This document shows positions 17,549 to 26,845 of a DNA stretch of 29,288 nt, piece by piece. The translations under genes and the position numbers were made by a program. The notes beneath the pieces are model-generated. The model worked only from the letters and a program-made list of their open reading frames with translations. It made no database searches and was not told the DNA's origin. Source of the stretch: Fimbriimonadales bacterium (GTDB taxonomy: Bacteria; Armatimonadota; Fimbriimonadia; Fimbriimonadales; JABRVX01); contig BTVI01000038.1 in assembly GCA_045862955.1 (NCBI GenBank), positions 1 through 29,288 on the forward strand, given 5' to 3'. Every line of letters starts with the position of its first letter. The stretch's first letter is position 1.

Positions 17549-19171
17549 ATGATCGTTCGAAGCGTTACGTACCTCGTTTCAGCGACTGCACTGGCTGTGG
17601 GGGCGTTCGCGCAAACCCTCGTGGACCCGAACCTCACCTTCGACACGGTGGTCTCCGGGCTGACAACTCCCATTTCCATCGCCTTCCTCGATGCGGACGA
17701 TTTCTTGGTGATCGAGAAGAGCACGGGACAGGTGAAGCGTGTCCAGTCGGGTTCGGTCACCGCGACGGTCCTCGACCTTCCGGTAATGAGCAACAGCGAG
17801 CGGGGACTGCTCGGCATGGCCCTGCACCCCGACTTCCCTGCTACGCCGCATGTCTTCCTTTACTACTCGCGCTCGACGGGCGGGGCGGACAACGTGTCCT
17901 GGGAGGATAATCGTGTCGAGCGATTCACGTGGACCGGCACGGCGCTAACCGACCCGCAGCTGATCATCGCCTTTCCGCCTAGCTCGCTCGGCAACGGTCC
18001 GAATCATGACGGCGGGGTGATCCTGTTCGGCCCTGACGGCAAGCTGTACGGCGTGACCGGCGATCTGAACCGGAACGGCTACGAGCAGAACAACCAGAGC
18101 GGTCCGGTCGCCAACGTGGGCGGCATCTTCCGTCTGAATCCCGACGGGTCCATCCCCTCGGACAACCCGTTTGTGGGCGATGGGCGCCCCGAGTTCGAGC
18201 GGCTGGTCGCCTATGGCGTCCGCAATAGCTTCGGAATGAGCTTCGACTCGAAGACGGGTATGTTGTGGGATACGGAGAACGGTCCCACCTCCTACGACGA
18301 GGTGAACATGGTTCCGTTCGGCTTGAACAGCGGGTGGAACAAGATCATGGGGCCGGACGACCGGGACCCACAAGGGCTCGGCGACCTGTACATGATCTCG
18401 GGAGCGTTCTACCGGGACCCGGACTTCAGTTGGCTCTCTCCCATCGGTGTTACGAGCATAGTCTTCCTGCATTCGGCCAAGTTCGCGCCTGGACTGCGCG
18501 ACCAGTGCATCGTGGGGGACAACAACTTCGGACAGCTCTATCGTTTCGACATGAACTCCAACCGGGATGGCTTCGTGCTCTCCGGAAGTTTGGCTGACAA
18601 GGTTGCTGACAGCGCTACCGAGCGCAACCTCGTTCGCTGGGGCACCGGCTGGGGCGTCGTCACCGACTTGAGGATCGGCCCGGATGGGAACCTGTGGCTC
18701 ACTTCTCTGTCCCTCGGCAGAGTGTATCGAATCCGGGCGGTAACGGCTCCTGATACTTTAGCGGGCAAAGTGACGCTGGGGAGCTACGGCGGGGTTCCGA
18801 CCGGGGTGCCGCTCAGCATCGAGCTTCGGACGGGAGACACGGTCGTCGAGACGCTGACCACGACGGTCGGTGCGTTCGGCGAGTATTACGTTTCGCCGTC
18901 GTCGGCTGGGACGTTCGATGTGATTGCGAAAGCGGGACACTGGCTCTCGGTGCGCCACGACGGTGTGAGCATCAGTGGGGACGTGGTTCTCGATCTGAGC
19001 TTCCCTTACAATGGCGACGTCGACGGCGACGACCTGATCGGGCTGGCCGATCTGAACACTGTGCTGCTAGATTTCGGGGGCACGGCTGCGGACATAGACG
19101 GCAGCGGCCAGACGGATCTCTCGGACCTGAGCACCATCCTGATTAACTTCGGTAGGGCAGGCGAAGGTTAG
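17549..19171 (+). CDS. Secreted PQQ-dependent sugar dehydrogenase (GSDH/YliI family) with a C-terminal X-module + dockerin-like domain
   Basis: SD AAAGGAG; signal peptide ending AFA; ERGLLGMALHPDF, NHDGG, FGPDGKLY, YGVRNSFG, TENGP..DEVN; two Ca-loop-like repeats GDVDGDDLIGLADL and DIDGSGQTDLSDL. Confidence 0.9.
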   Translation: MIVRSVTYLVSATALAVGAFAQTLVDPNLTFDTVVSGLTTPISIAFLDADDFLVIEKSTGQVKRVQSGSVTATVLDLPVMSNSERGLLGMALHPDFPATPHVFLYYSRSTGGADNVSWEDNRVERFTWTGTALTDPQLIIAFPPSSLGNGPNHDGGVILFGPDGKLYGVTGDLNRNGYEQNNQSGPVANVGGIFRLNPDGSIPSDNPFVGDGRPEFERLVAYGVRNSFGMSFDSKTGMLWDTENGPTSYDEVNMVPFGLNSGWNKIMGPDDRDPQGLGDLYMISGAFYRDPDFSWLSPIGVTSIVFLHSAKFAPGLRDQCIVGDNNFGQLYRFDMNSNRDGFVLSGSLADKVADSATERNLVRWGTGWGVVTDLRIGPDGNLWLTSLSLGRVYRIRAVTAPDTLAGKVTLGSYGGVPTGVPLSIELRTGDTVVETLTTTVGAFGEYYVSPSSAGTFDVIAKAGHWLSVRHDGVSISGDVVLDLSFPYNGDVDGDDLIGLADLNTVLLDFGGTAADIDGSGQTDLSDLSTILINFGRAGEG

Positions 19172-19212
19172 CTCATTTCGCGCAACTTAGCCCGCTGGAG
19201 ATTTGTCTTTTG

Positions 19213-19237
19213 GGGAGGTGGCCATGCGTCACCTCCC
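19213..19237 (+). other. Intergenic 10-bp stem-loop between the two dockerin-bearing genes
   Basis: GGGAGGTGGC-catgc-GTCACCTCCC with one G-U pair and no U tract. Confidence 0.55.
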
Positions 19238-19289
19238 GCCTTCGCGTGTGCCGCGACGGCGGGAACATGGGAATGGAGGCAGTCTTTTC

Positions 19290-21272
19290 ATGCTGCAATT
19301 AATGATTTTCGCCGCCGCGACAGCCGCGATGGCGGCTCTCGGTACTTCGATCGTCGTTGCTCAGGAAGCCATCGAGGTGCCCAGTGAGCGCGCCACCTTC
19401 GTCGGAACAGTGCGGTTCGCAGTAGACAACACTGCGGCAATGCAGGCTCGGAACGCCTTGCTCGATGTTCCTCGGACCATCCGAGCCGTCCCCCAGGGTC
19501 CGAGGCCTCCGTTTACGGGCCGGAGCGGCCCTCGGTTCCAAGGGGCTCCAGAGCCAGTTAGGTCGCTATTCGGCAGCGGCTCACCGTCCGTGTTTCCTGG
19601 GCCTAACGAGTCCGGCCTCACTCCGGGTGACCCTCAGCTATCTGCTGGGCCGAACCACGTGGTGGCGTGCATCAATGGGCAGATCGCGTTCTATCGAAAG
19701 GACGGCACGAACACTTTCAGCGTGTCACCGAATGCGTTCTTCGCGTCTTTGGGTAGCTACTACCTCGTCTTCGACCCGCGGACTTTTTATGACACGTACA
19801 ACCAGAGGTTCTGGGTGCTTTACCCAGCGATACTGAACAGCTCGTGGAACAAGAGTTATTTTCTGGTGGCTCTTTCCGACGACTCCGACCCGAACGGGAA
19901 CTGGTCTTTGTGGGCTCTCGACTCGAGCATGAATGGGAATCAGAACACTACCAACTGGTCCGACTATCCGGGCTTCGGGCACACAGAGAATGCCATCGTG
20001 TTCACTGCGAACATGTACACGAGTGGTTGGGGTTGGGCCTACGGCAAAGTTAGGGTTGCGCTGAAGCAGCAGTTCTTGTCGGGCAATCCGAACATAACAT
20101 ACACCGACTTTTGGAACTTCACGGACGCCTCGGGCGCTCAGGCGGCCAGCATGCAGCCAGCGCGGACGAAGGGTATGGCGAACATGCCCTACTTCTGCAG
20201 CGCCGGTTGGAACAACCGCCTGAACGTGTGGGGCATCCAGAACGTGACGACTACGCCGACGCTGGTGGCGCGCCAGGTATCCATCCCGAGCTACAGTGGA
20301 CCACCCAATGCGAGACAGCGCGGTGGTAGTGTCACGCTGTGGACAGTGGACGACCGCATCTTCGACGTGCAGTGCCGCGATAACCGGCTGACCATTCTTC
20401 ACAACACCGATCAGGGTGGGTACTGCGCGCTGCGGTGGTATGAGTTGGATGCGCTGAACATGCCCACTTCGGTGTCGCTGGTGCAGTCGGGTGTGCTATC
20501 TGCTGCGAGCACGGACCAATACTTCGGAGCTCTCGCAATGAACGGCTGTGGCCACATGGCTGCTTCCTTCAGTCGGTCGTCTTCGAGTGAGTACATCTCC
20601 ATCTACGGTGCGGTCCGCTATGCCGATGCTGCGCTGGGAACGTTCGGTGCGCCGTTCGTCATTCGTGCTGGGACCCGCTACTACACGGGCGAAGGTGGCG
20701 GCAACGTTCGCTGGGGCGACTACTCGGCTCTGTGCGTAGACGGTAGCGATGACATCACGTTCTGGGGCCTGAACATGGTGCCGGACCCGGCATCTTCCGG
20801 CCTGTGGGTTACCGAGATCTTCCAGATCGATCCGGGTCGTACTGCCACGATATCCGGTGTCGTCACCCTCGAACATTACATCGGATCACCCGCGGGGCTT
20901 TCGGGCATCCTGGAGCTTCGTGCGCCGGGCACTGGTACCGTGCTGCACAGCTATCCGATTACGTTGGATCCCAGTGGAGCCTTTTCGATTACTCCGGCGC
21001 ACTTCGGCAACTACGACATCGCGCTGAAGCTGTCACACTGGCTTCGAAGGGTGGTTCCAGCTACGATCACATCTGGAACCAACTATGTGCTGATGACGCT
21101 GATCAACGGGGACGCGGTTCCCGATAACAGCGTGGACCTACTGGATATCAACAAGATCCTCGCTCTGTTCGGAACCGGGGATTCGTTGAGTGACCTGAAC
21201 GGAAGCGGTATGGTGGATCTCGCGGACCTGAATATCACGATGATGAACTTCGGACTGACGGGGCAGCCGTAG
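19290..21272 (+). CDS. Secreted probable beta-propeller protein (PxDP...AGPNHVV / DYP / RWGDYS type) with a C-terminal X-module + dockerin-like domain
   Basis: SD GGAGG at 19275-19279; signal peptide; PGDPQLSAGPNHVV, FDPR..YD, SDDSDPNGNW, WSDYPG, RWGDYS; C-terminal GDAVPDNSVDLLDI and DLNGSGMVDLADL. Confidence 0.8.
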   Translation: MLQLMIFAAATAAMAALGTSIVVAQEAIEVPSERATFVGTVRFAVDNTAAMQARNALLDVPRTIRAVPQGPRPPFTGRSGPRFQGAPEPVRSLFGSGSPSVFPGPNESGLTPGDPQLSAGPNHVVACINGQIAFYRKDGTNTFSVSPNAFFASLGSYYLVFDPRTFYDTYNQRFWVLYPAILNSSWNKSYFLVALSDDSDPNGNWSLWALDSSMNGNQNTTNWSDYPGFGHTENAIVFTANMYTSGWGWAYGKVRVALKQQFLSGNPNITYTDFWNFTDASGAQAASMQPARTKGMANMPYFCSAGWNNRLNVWGIQNVTTTPTLVARQVSIPSYSGPPNARQRGGSVTLWTVDDRIFDVQCRDNRLTILHNTDQGGYCALRWYELDALNMPTSVSLVQSGVLSAASTDQYFGALAMNGCGHMAASFSRSSSSEYISIYGAVRYADAALGTFGAPFVIRAGTRYYTGEGGGNVRWGDYSALCVDGSDDITFWGLNMVPDPASSGLWVTEIFQIDPGRTATISGVVTLEHYIGSPAGLSGILELRAPGTGTVLHSYPITLDPSGAFSITPAHFGNYDIALKLSHWLRRVVPATITSGTNYVLMTLINGDAVPDNSVDLLDINKILALFGTGDSLSDLNGSGMVDLADLNITMMNFGLTGQP

Positions 21273-21295
21273 GTGTAACCGCACGGTCGCTTGCA

Positions 21296-21331
21296 GCAGT
21301 GGCCCCGGCGCACGAGCGCCGGGGCCACTGC
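21296..21331. terminator. Perfect 16-bp hairpin between convergent genes (likely bidirectional terminator or 3' stabiliser)
   Basis: GCAGTGGCCCCGGCGC-acga-GCGCCGGGGCCACTGC; no clear U tract. Confidence 0.75.
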
Positions 21332-21357
21332 CATCATCACCGATTCTTCGCAACGGA

Positions 21358-24300
21358 CTAACGCATGGCAGAGGCGTGCATCAGTGAACCGAGAAGGTCT
21401 GCGACGTGTGCAAGTCCCCTACCACCCGTGAGCTGCTGCAACCTGCGGTCAGCGTCAATCGGTCCGATCCGGTTCGTAGCGAAGTCCTCCATCACGCCGC
21501 GAAGTCTCTGCAAGTACTGTCGCTGCGCTGGCGGCATGCTCGACAGCACATTACCTAACTTCGAGTCCAGCTCTTTCACGAGTCCCCTGCAGTTCTCCTG
21601 CATAGTGTTGTAGCGACCGAGAGATGGGTGTTGCGCAGGAAGTTCGTTCACCTTGAACTTCGCCACCTCGCCTGCCTGAGAAGCCCACTTGGGGTCTACT
21701 CTGGAGATGAACACGCTCCTCTCGCCCTTGCGGCCCAGCCATGCTAGGTCCTTGTACGCCTCGGGGTGTCCGCTGGTAGTGAAGTTGACGAACGCTTGGT
21801 CTGGGTTGCGCCCTGTCACCTTCTTATATGCCTCTTCGAGGTACTTCTGCCCGGCTTCTTGGAAGTGGTGAGGACTGCGCGGCTCACCGTTCTGCGTAAG
21901 TCCCTGCCGCCACGCCGCATACTCCGGGTTGGGAACCGGCTTGCCACCCTGTATGATATATCGCGGAGGCTCGACCGCCCCGAGGTCCATGTCCATGCTA
22001 GCTCTCCCGGCACTCGAGGCGTTTCGGAACTCGCGGATTTTCTGTGGGCTCCAGCCTTCTCGCTTCATGATAGCGTCCAACTCCGCCTTGACTTTGCCGT
22101 TGATCTGGCGCTCGTGGGAGCGGTACCAGTTTCCTAGTTTGGCATCTCCGGCTCGGACTGCCTGGTTGAGCTGCATCTTCGCGGCGAACGAAGACTTGAT
22201 AGCTGCGGCGGCGTCCTCGGCTTCGCGTCGCAGCTTCTCTATGACATCTCTGGAAGCGCCGGACTTCCCTGCCTCCGCGAGCTTCTCGGCCCTGCTCTTG
22301 AACAGTTTCACGAGAGCACGTCCGTTGGCTGCTTCGCTCTGGAAGCGGGCGGCTTCGATCTGCTGCTGGACGGTGGGCCACTTTCTGGTACTCGGAACGC
22401 CTTGGGAACTCTTGCCCGCCATTGCTCCTGTGATCGACCCGATCACACGTTTCAGCACGAACGAGGTCGCAGCAGCCTTTGCCACATCCCATGCGGCTCC
22501 TGCGATGCCAGACCGCTCGTAGCCGTCATAGGCCGATACTGCCAGATAACCAACCTGGCCCAGAGACTGGACTCCCTGTTTGAGTGCTTTGGTAGGTCCG
22601 CCTCCGACGTAGCCCGTAGCACCCATATAAGCACTATAGATGAGTGGTCCGCCCGCAAAGGAGGCAACGAACATGGCGTTGTCCGCAAGGGACTTGATCT
22701 CTTGGGCCTTCTCCATGCAGTAGTTGGCAGTGTCGGCCTTCTCCTGCTCCTTCGCCATCTCGCCACTCCAGTGCGCCTGCACTCGCTCACCGACCAGACG
22801 AACGGCATTGCGCATCTGCTCCATGTCTCGGGTAGCCATGGTTTCGGCGTTCAGGTGCCTATCCACGAAGGCTCGCAGGTCTCGCCGCTGCTCGTAAGGG
22901 AGCATCTCGAGAAGCCGCGGTACCGCCGCCTGAAGTCGCGTTATCTCTGCCCACTCTTGCGCCATTTCCCTGCCCTGCGCGGCCATGCGCTGTAGGCAGT
23001 ATGCGTCGAACTCGGTTCTGGTTCTGATCCACTCACCGGTCTTTACGCGCTGAATGGCATCTTCCTCGGCCTGGATGTTGGACCGCGCGCACATGAGTTG
23101 CCACTCGATCGACTCACGCGATGCGGGGTCCTTCGCATCGGCCAGCTGTCGCTCTAGCCCCCGGATGCGGTCTCGGAAGTAGGCTATGTTACCTTCGTGG
23201 AATTGGATCTGCTGCTCGTTCGCCTTTCTTTCGAGGTCGGCCAACGACTCCTCGATTGGGTCCTCGGCGATCTCCTCGTCCTCGCCCGCATACACGTACA
23301 CATAGTGGCGGAACGACTGCGCAGCACGACCCGACGTGGCCGCCCAAGTGTTGTCCTCTGCCTTGAACTGTATGCGGAATCGCGCACCAGGAGTGGCGGG
23401 GGGCAGTGCCAGCTTGACCGTCTTCTCGTCGGAGATTTGGCCGCCCACCGGACGATAGTCTTTGATACGTAGGAACTTGTCCGAGTCCACGGTCAACCCT
23501 GCTACGTAGTAGTGGGTATAGCCGTCCTGCTCGTACTTGCGGGTAGATGGCGCCATGCCAACGAATGGCGAGTCCACGGTGAGATAGAGGTTCAGACCGC
23601 ACACCGCGCCAGGGCCTCCCCCGGCGAGGCTCTCGATGTCCCCTTGCACATCGTCCGTTAGCACGAGTCGGATATCGAACGGCTCGTTGGGGCGAATCGT
23701 GGCGGGCGGGATCGACCAAGCGACAGTGGTAATACGGTTGCACTTGCCGAGGACGCGGCCACCGGACATACTCCCCTGGCCTCCCGTGGTGGCGTTCACT
23801 TTCAGCGAGTTATCGGTGAAGGAGACATCGGGAGTGAAGTCGTATCCGGTCTGACCCCTATCATCCTTCTTTTCCACCTTTTCTAATCGCCACACTCCCG
23901 GCGTAGCGGCTTTCTCTGCCACTATGATGGTAGTGGTAGCCTTAGCGATCAGCTTCTTCGTTTTCGGGTCGGTGGCCGTGGCGGTACCCGTGTAGGTGCC
24001 GGGCTTGTCGAAGATGCGCCCGATGGGTTCCATTCCACCCGTCAGCGACTTCCCGTCGCTGAACTGCCAGTCGACCTGTACGCCGCTCGGTAGGTTCTTG
24101 CCCACGGGAGTGAGCACGACTTTCTTGTTCAGTTCCGCTTTGGCTTTGGCGGGCTTGATGGCGAAGCTGGGCAGCAGCTTCTGGGTTTCATCGAGAAGCG
24201 ACTTGAAGCGTCGCCTCGCCTCCTCTTTCTGCGCCGCTGGGTCGGGTGGGTCACCCAGCGCACTGATCTCCTGGCGAAGCGACTCGAGCTCTGCGAGGAG

Positions 24301-25995
24301 TGACTTGATCGCCTCCATGTGCAGCCTGCCGAGCTCGACGGCCTCCAGCGCGCCCTCGTCGTCACCCAATCCCGCGCAGGTTGCGGCTTCGAGCTGAGCT
24401 TGGTCGAAAGCGATCACGGCCTCTGCGAGGGCGCCACGTACCTGCAGATACCGGTCGAGCAGTGGGAGCAGTTTTTCGAGGTACTCGATGGCCTCGGGTG
24501 AAGGATGGTCGAAGAACGGTGCCCACTGCGCGCTGAAGGCTAGGTCTTCTTGCGGGCTCATCTCCCCATAGACCAAGCGCATCGCCTCTACGACCGCGCT
24601 CACGAGTCCCGTGTACTGCGCCTCGGTCATGCTCCGGATCTCTATGTCTGGGGTTAGGCGGACGGGAGGGGTGTTAGTGAGAACGAGCGGCGGAGGCATC
24701 GAGCTCGGGGGCTCCAGAGAGTAGGTCGGGAGGTCGAACAGCACGTTCGTAGTGGCATCTGCAACGGCAGGGGCCTCTCCGCGCACCTCGGCCAACCGGT
24801 TCTTCAGGCTCGCGATGACGATTTCGTCCCTCGGGTTGGCGCGCTCGCAGAGCTTCAACGCCTCGGCCAGCAGATTCTCGGCCTCCTGGTTTTTGCCCTG
24901 CTGGTGCAGGCACCACCCGAGTGCGCTCGCGGTGATCGGCCAATCGGTGGGGTCCTTGCCGTTCAGCTCTTCTTTGCGCTCAAGCGCCTCACGAAGCACC
25001 GGCTCCGCCTCTGTGAGCTTGCCGAGGTCCCGTAAGGTGATGCCGAGGTTGTTGAGCAGGTGGGCGTAGAGGATGCTCTCGGTTGCCCTAGCTCGTTGAT
25101 AGATACGGCGTGCTTGGAGCAGGATCGGCTCCGCCTCGGAATGGCGCTTCTGGATGGTGAGAATGGAGCCGAGGAGTCTGAGGTCGTTGCCCGACTCGAT
25201 GGAGCCTACGCCATAAGCGCCCTCGCTGATTGCGACGGCCTCGTGAAGGACCTTGATCGCCTCGGAGTCCTGCTTCTGGTTGAAGAGGCACAAGGCGAGG
25301 GTGGAGGTGGCCTGCGCATGCTCCTTCGTGCCGTAGCCGAAGCGGGACTTGGCCAAGTCGATCGCCTGGCGTGCCAGATCTGCAGACTTGGGGTCGGACT
25401 TCGCCTTGTTGGCGGCCTCGATGAGTGCGTTGAACTGCTTGCGGTCATCTGCCGAGGGCTTGGGGCGGGGTGGAGAGCCGGGCTGTGCCCACGCCGAGTG
25501 GGAGAGCACCTCGAGCGAGCCCACCATCGCAGGGAGGCCCGGGCCGCCGGGCAACCTACCGGCATACAGTGGGCTGCCGGAAAGCAGAGGCTCCATCCCC
25601 GCCTCTACCGGGGAGCCGTCTCCGACCGCCATCCACACCCGGTTGCCGATGCGCCGAATGGTGATGTGTGCCGAGCCTTCGCTGGGCAGAGGGGCCGCAG
25701 TGAGGCTCTTCCATCCGCCGTCTTGCCATTCGAGAAGGGGTACGCGCTGTTCGGTGATGGATAGGCGGATGGCGCCCCGTAGCCCCGGATCCCCGGATTG
25801 GATCACCGCTCCAGGCTTCTCGCAACGAATGGCCAGTTCGAGTGCGAAGTCGGCGACGGGATAGACGTCATCGAGCAATACGGATGCCGAAGCATCGCGC
25901 AGTTCGATGGGATCGGTTTGCTGCGCGTGGGTGGCGATGGCGGCCAGCAGCAGGATTGGGATCAGCCGGCAGATACCCAGGCTCGGATTTTGCAT
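21358..25995 (-). CDS. Large secreted multidomain protein (1545 aa): signal peptide, degenerate LamG-like domain, TPR repeats, helical region, PKD domain, coiled coil, Gly/Ala-rich hydrophobic segment, unknown C-terminal domain
   Basis: SD GGGAGGAG before ATG 25995; LIPILLLAAIATHA signal; TPR e.g. LNNLGITLRDLGKLTEAEPVLREALE; PKD-like VDWQFSDG..FDKPGTYTGTATATD. Confidence 0.85.
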   Translation of the reverse strand: MQNPSLGICRLIPILLLAAIATHAQQTDPIELRDASASVLLDDVYPVADFALELAIRCEKPGAVIQSGDPGLRGAIRLSITEQRVPLLEWQDGGWKSLTAAPLPSEGSAHITIRRIGNRVWMAVGDGSPVEAGMEPLLSGSPLYAGRLPGGPGLPAMVGSLEVLSHSAWAQPGSPPRPKPSADDRKQFNALIEAANKAKSDPKSADLARQAIDLAKSRFGYGTKEHAQATSTLALCLFNQKQDSEAIKVLHEAVAISEGAYGVGSIESGNDLRLLGSILTIQKRHSEAEPILLQARRIYQRARATESILYAHLLNNLGITLRDLGKLTEAEPVLREALERKEELNGKDPTDWPITASALGWCLHQQGKNQEAENLLAEALKLCERANPRDEIVIASLKNRLAEVRGEAPAVADATTNVLFDLPTYSLEPPSSMPPPLVLTNTPPVRLTPDIEIRSMTEAQYTGLVSAVVEAMRLVYGEMSPQEDLAFSAQWAPFFDHPSPEAIEYLEKLLPLLDRYLQVRGALAEAVIAFDQAQLEAATCAGLGDDEGALEAVELGRLHMEAIKSLLAELESLRQEISALGDPPDPAAQKEEARRRFKSLLDETQKLLPSFAIKPAKAKAELNKKVVLTPVGKNLPSGVQVDWQFSDGKSLTGGMEPIGRIFDKPGTYTGTATATDPKTKKLIAKATTTIIVAEKAATPGVWRLEKVEKKDDRGQTGYDFTPDVSFTDNSLKVNATTGGQGSMSGGRVLGKCNRITTVAWSIPPATIRPNEPFDIRLVLTDDVQGDIESLAGGGPGAVCGLNLYLTVDSPFVGMAPSTRKYEQDGYTHYYVAGLTVDSDKFLRIKDYRPVGGQISDEKTVKLALPPATPGARFRIQFKAEDNTWAATSGRAAQSFRHYVYVYAGEDEEIAEDPIEESLADLERKANEQQIQFHEGNIAYFRDRIRGLERQLADAKDPASRESIEWQLMCARSNIQAEEDAIQRVKTGEWIRTRTEFDAYCLQRMAAQGREMAQEWAEITRLQAAVPRLLEMLPYEQRRDLRAFVDRHLNAETMATRDMEQMRNAVRLVGERVQAHWSGEMAKEQEKADTANYCMEKAQEIKSLADNAMFVASFAGGPLIYSAYMGATGYVGGGPTKALKQGVQSLGQVGYLAVSAYDGYERSGIAGAAWDVAKAAATSFVLKRVIGSITGAMAGKSSQGVPSTRKWPTVQQQIEAARFQSEAANGRALVKLFKSRAEKLAEAGKSGASRDVIEKLRREAEDAAAAIKSSFAAKMQLNQAVRAGDAKLGNWYRSHERQINGKVKAELDAIMKREGWSPQKIREFRNASSAGRASMDMDLGAVEPPRYIIQGGKPVPNPEYAAWRQGLTQNGEPRSPHHFQEAGQKYLEEAYKKVTGRNPDQAFVNFTTSGHPEAYKDLAWLGRKGERSVFISRVDPKWASQAGEVAKFKVNELPAQHPSLGRYNTMQENCRGLVKELDSKLGNVLSSMPPAQRQYLQRLRGVMEDFATNRIGPIDADRRLQQLTGGRGLAHVADLLGSLMHASAMR

Positions 25996-26166
25996 AAAAC
26001 TCCTCCCGAGATCACCGGCGCGGGTGCGGTTCATTAACATGAATCGGCAAACGCGAGAGGGATACCCAGTGTTCGTCCTGGCTGCTTCGAGGATGGGTGG
26101 GGAGGTTCCCACAGCACCCTTGGGGGCGCGTCGGATGTGGGGTTAGCAAGTTTTTCTCCAGTGGGC

Positions 26167-26195
26167 TTGCAAATCTGCGAGTTCTGTGTTAGTAT
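26167..26195 (+). promoter_or_regulatory. Sigma70-type promoter, TTGCAA-N17-(TGn)TAGTAT
   Basis: -35 TTGCAA at 26167-26172, extended -10 TG at 26187-26188, TAGTAT at 26190-26195. Predicted TSS about 26202. Confidence 0.65.
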
Positions 26196-26845
26196 GTTGT
26201 CAATCGGGAAGAAAGCCTCGTTGCTTGCGTAACTGATCGGTGACATTACCTCCGTACGCTTCTACGAGACTTTACTGATTGATAGCAGGAAGCAGACCGG
26301 TTTCGACTGCGAAAGCCGTTAGTTCTGGTGTAGAGTTCCTGCTTCTCGACAATAGTTCGGCTCGAACTCGCCGAGTTCGGAGTCCGAATAGGTTCGTGAA
26401 ATGGTTTGGGAAAGAGAACCCCCGATGCGAGCGGTCCGCGATACCCTGGAAACCGGCGGCCCGAGCGGCGCCCGTCCCCGGCTGCGGGTTTATCCCGCGG
26501 GTAGGGGGCGCGCACGCAGCCGACGTTCGAGGTGCGGTCCGCTTGCTGCTGAGGATCTCCGACCCCCGACGAGCCGAGTGCTTGTGATGACAAGCCATTC
26601 GACGAAGGGGCGCGCGGCTAGGCCACCGCGCGCCCCTTGCTTCAGGCATCCCTACGGTCTGCTTGCAGGCAGACCCCTTCTTCCGCGAAGCGTCACCTTA
26701 CTGGAAATGGAGGACGCCCAAGTTGTTAAAACGTGACCTCCAGCGCCCTCGTTCCAGAAGCTTTCGCGTCGGCCTCCCCTCGCGCAACCTCCTCCTAGGC
26801 GCCTCGCCGGGCACCGCGACGACTCGCGAGCGCTTCCGGGCTCGC
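26196..26845 (+). ncRNA. Candidate long structured RNA (5' leader or independent ncRNA); no family recognised
   Basis: Nested and tandem helices tile the region, many with G-U pairs that work only on the + strand (pairings listed in findings). No convincing CDS. Confidence 0.55.
26605..26638 (+). terminator. 13-bp GC-rich hairpin inside the leader (possible attenuator or terminator)
   Basis: AAGGGGCGCGCGG-ctaggcca-CCGCGCGCCCCTT followed by GCTTC (weak U tail). Confidence 0.55.

Noticed and set aside
19290..24000. Apparently lower GC suggesting a horizontally acquired island
   Set aside because: Visual impression only; amino-acid composition could explain it, and there are no boundary repeats or mobility genes.
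173..26112. Longer N-terminal extensions in the ORF track (173, 2622, 10276, 12248, 17510, 19203, 26112)
   Set aside because: SD position, signal peptides or family N-termini support the downstream starts used above.
26198..26203. Perfect TTGACA on the minus strand as a promoter for the 1545-aa gene
   Set aside because: No acceptable -10 element at 16-18 nt spacing.
26288..26307. tmRNA-like 5' motif (ACCGGTTTCGAC)
   Set aside because: No GGGG acceptor strand, no matching 3' T-arm or CCA, and no tag ORF; the motif lies within a local hairpin.
26349..26585. 6S RNA, SRP RNA or RNase P RNA
   Set aside because: The fold is branched and longer than a typical 6S; SRP domain IV (CAGG..GGAA..AGCAG) and RNase P GAGGAAAGUCC motifs are missing on both strands. 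Rfam should still be run.
26591..26640. T-box (CCACCGCG) or c-di-GMP-I (CCATTCGA) riboswitch resemblance
   Set aside because: The UGGNACC bulge and the GCAAA...GACGCAAA...CUAA core are absent.
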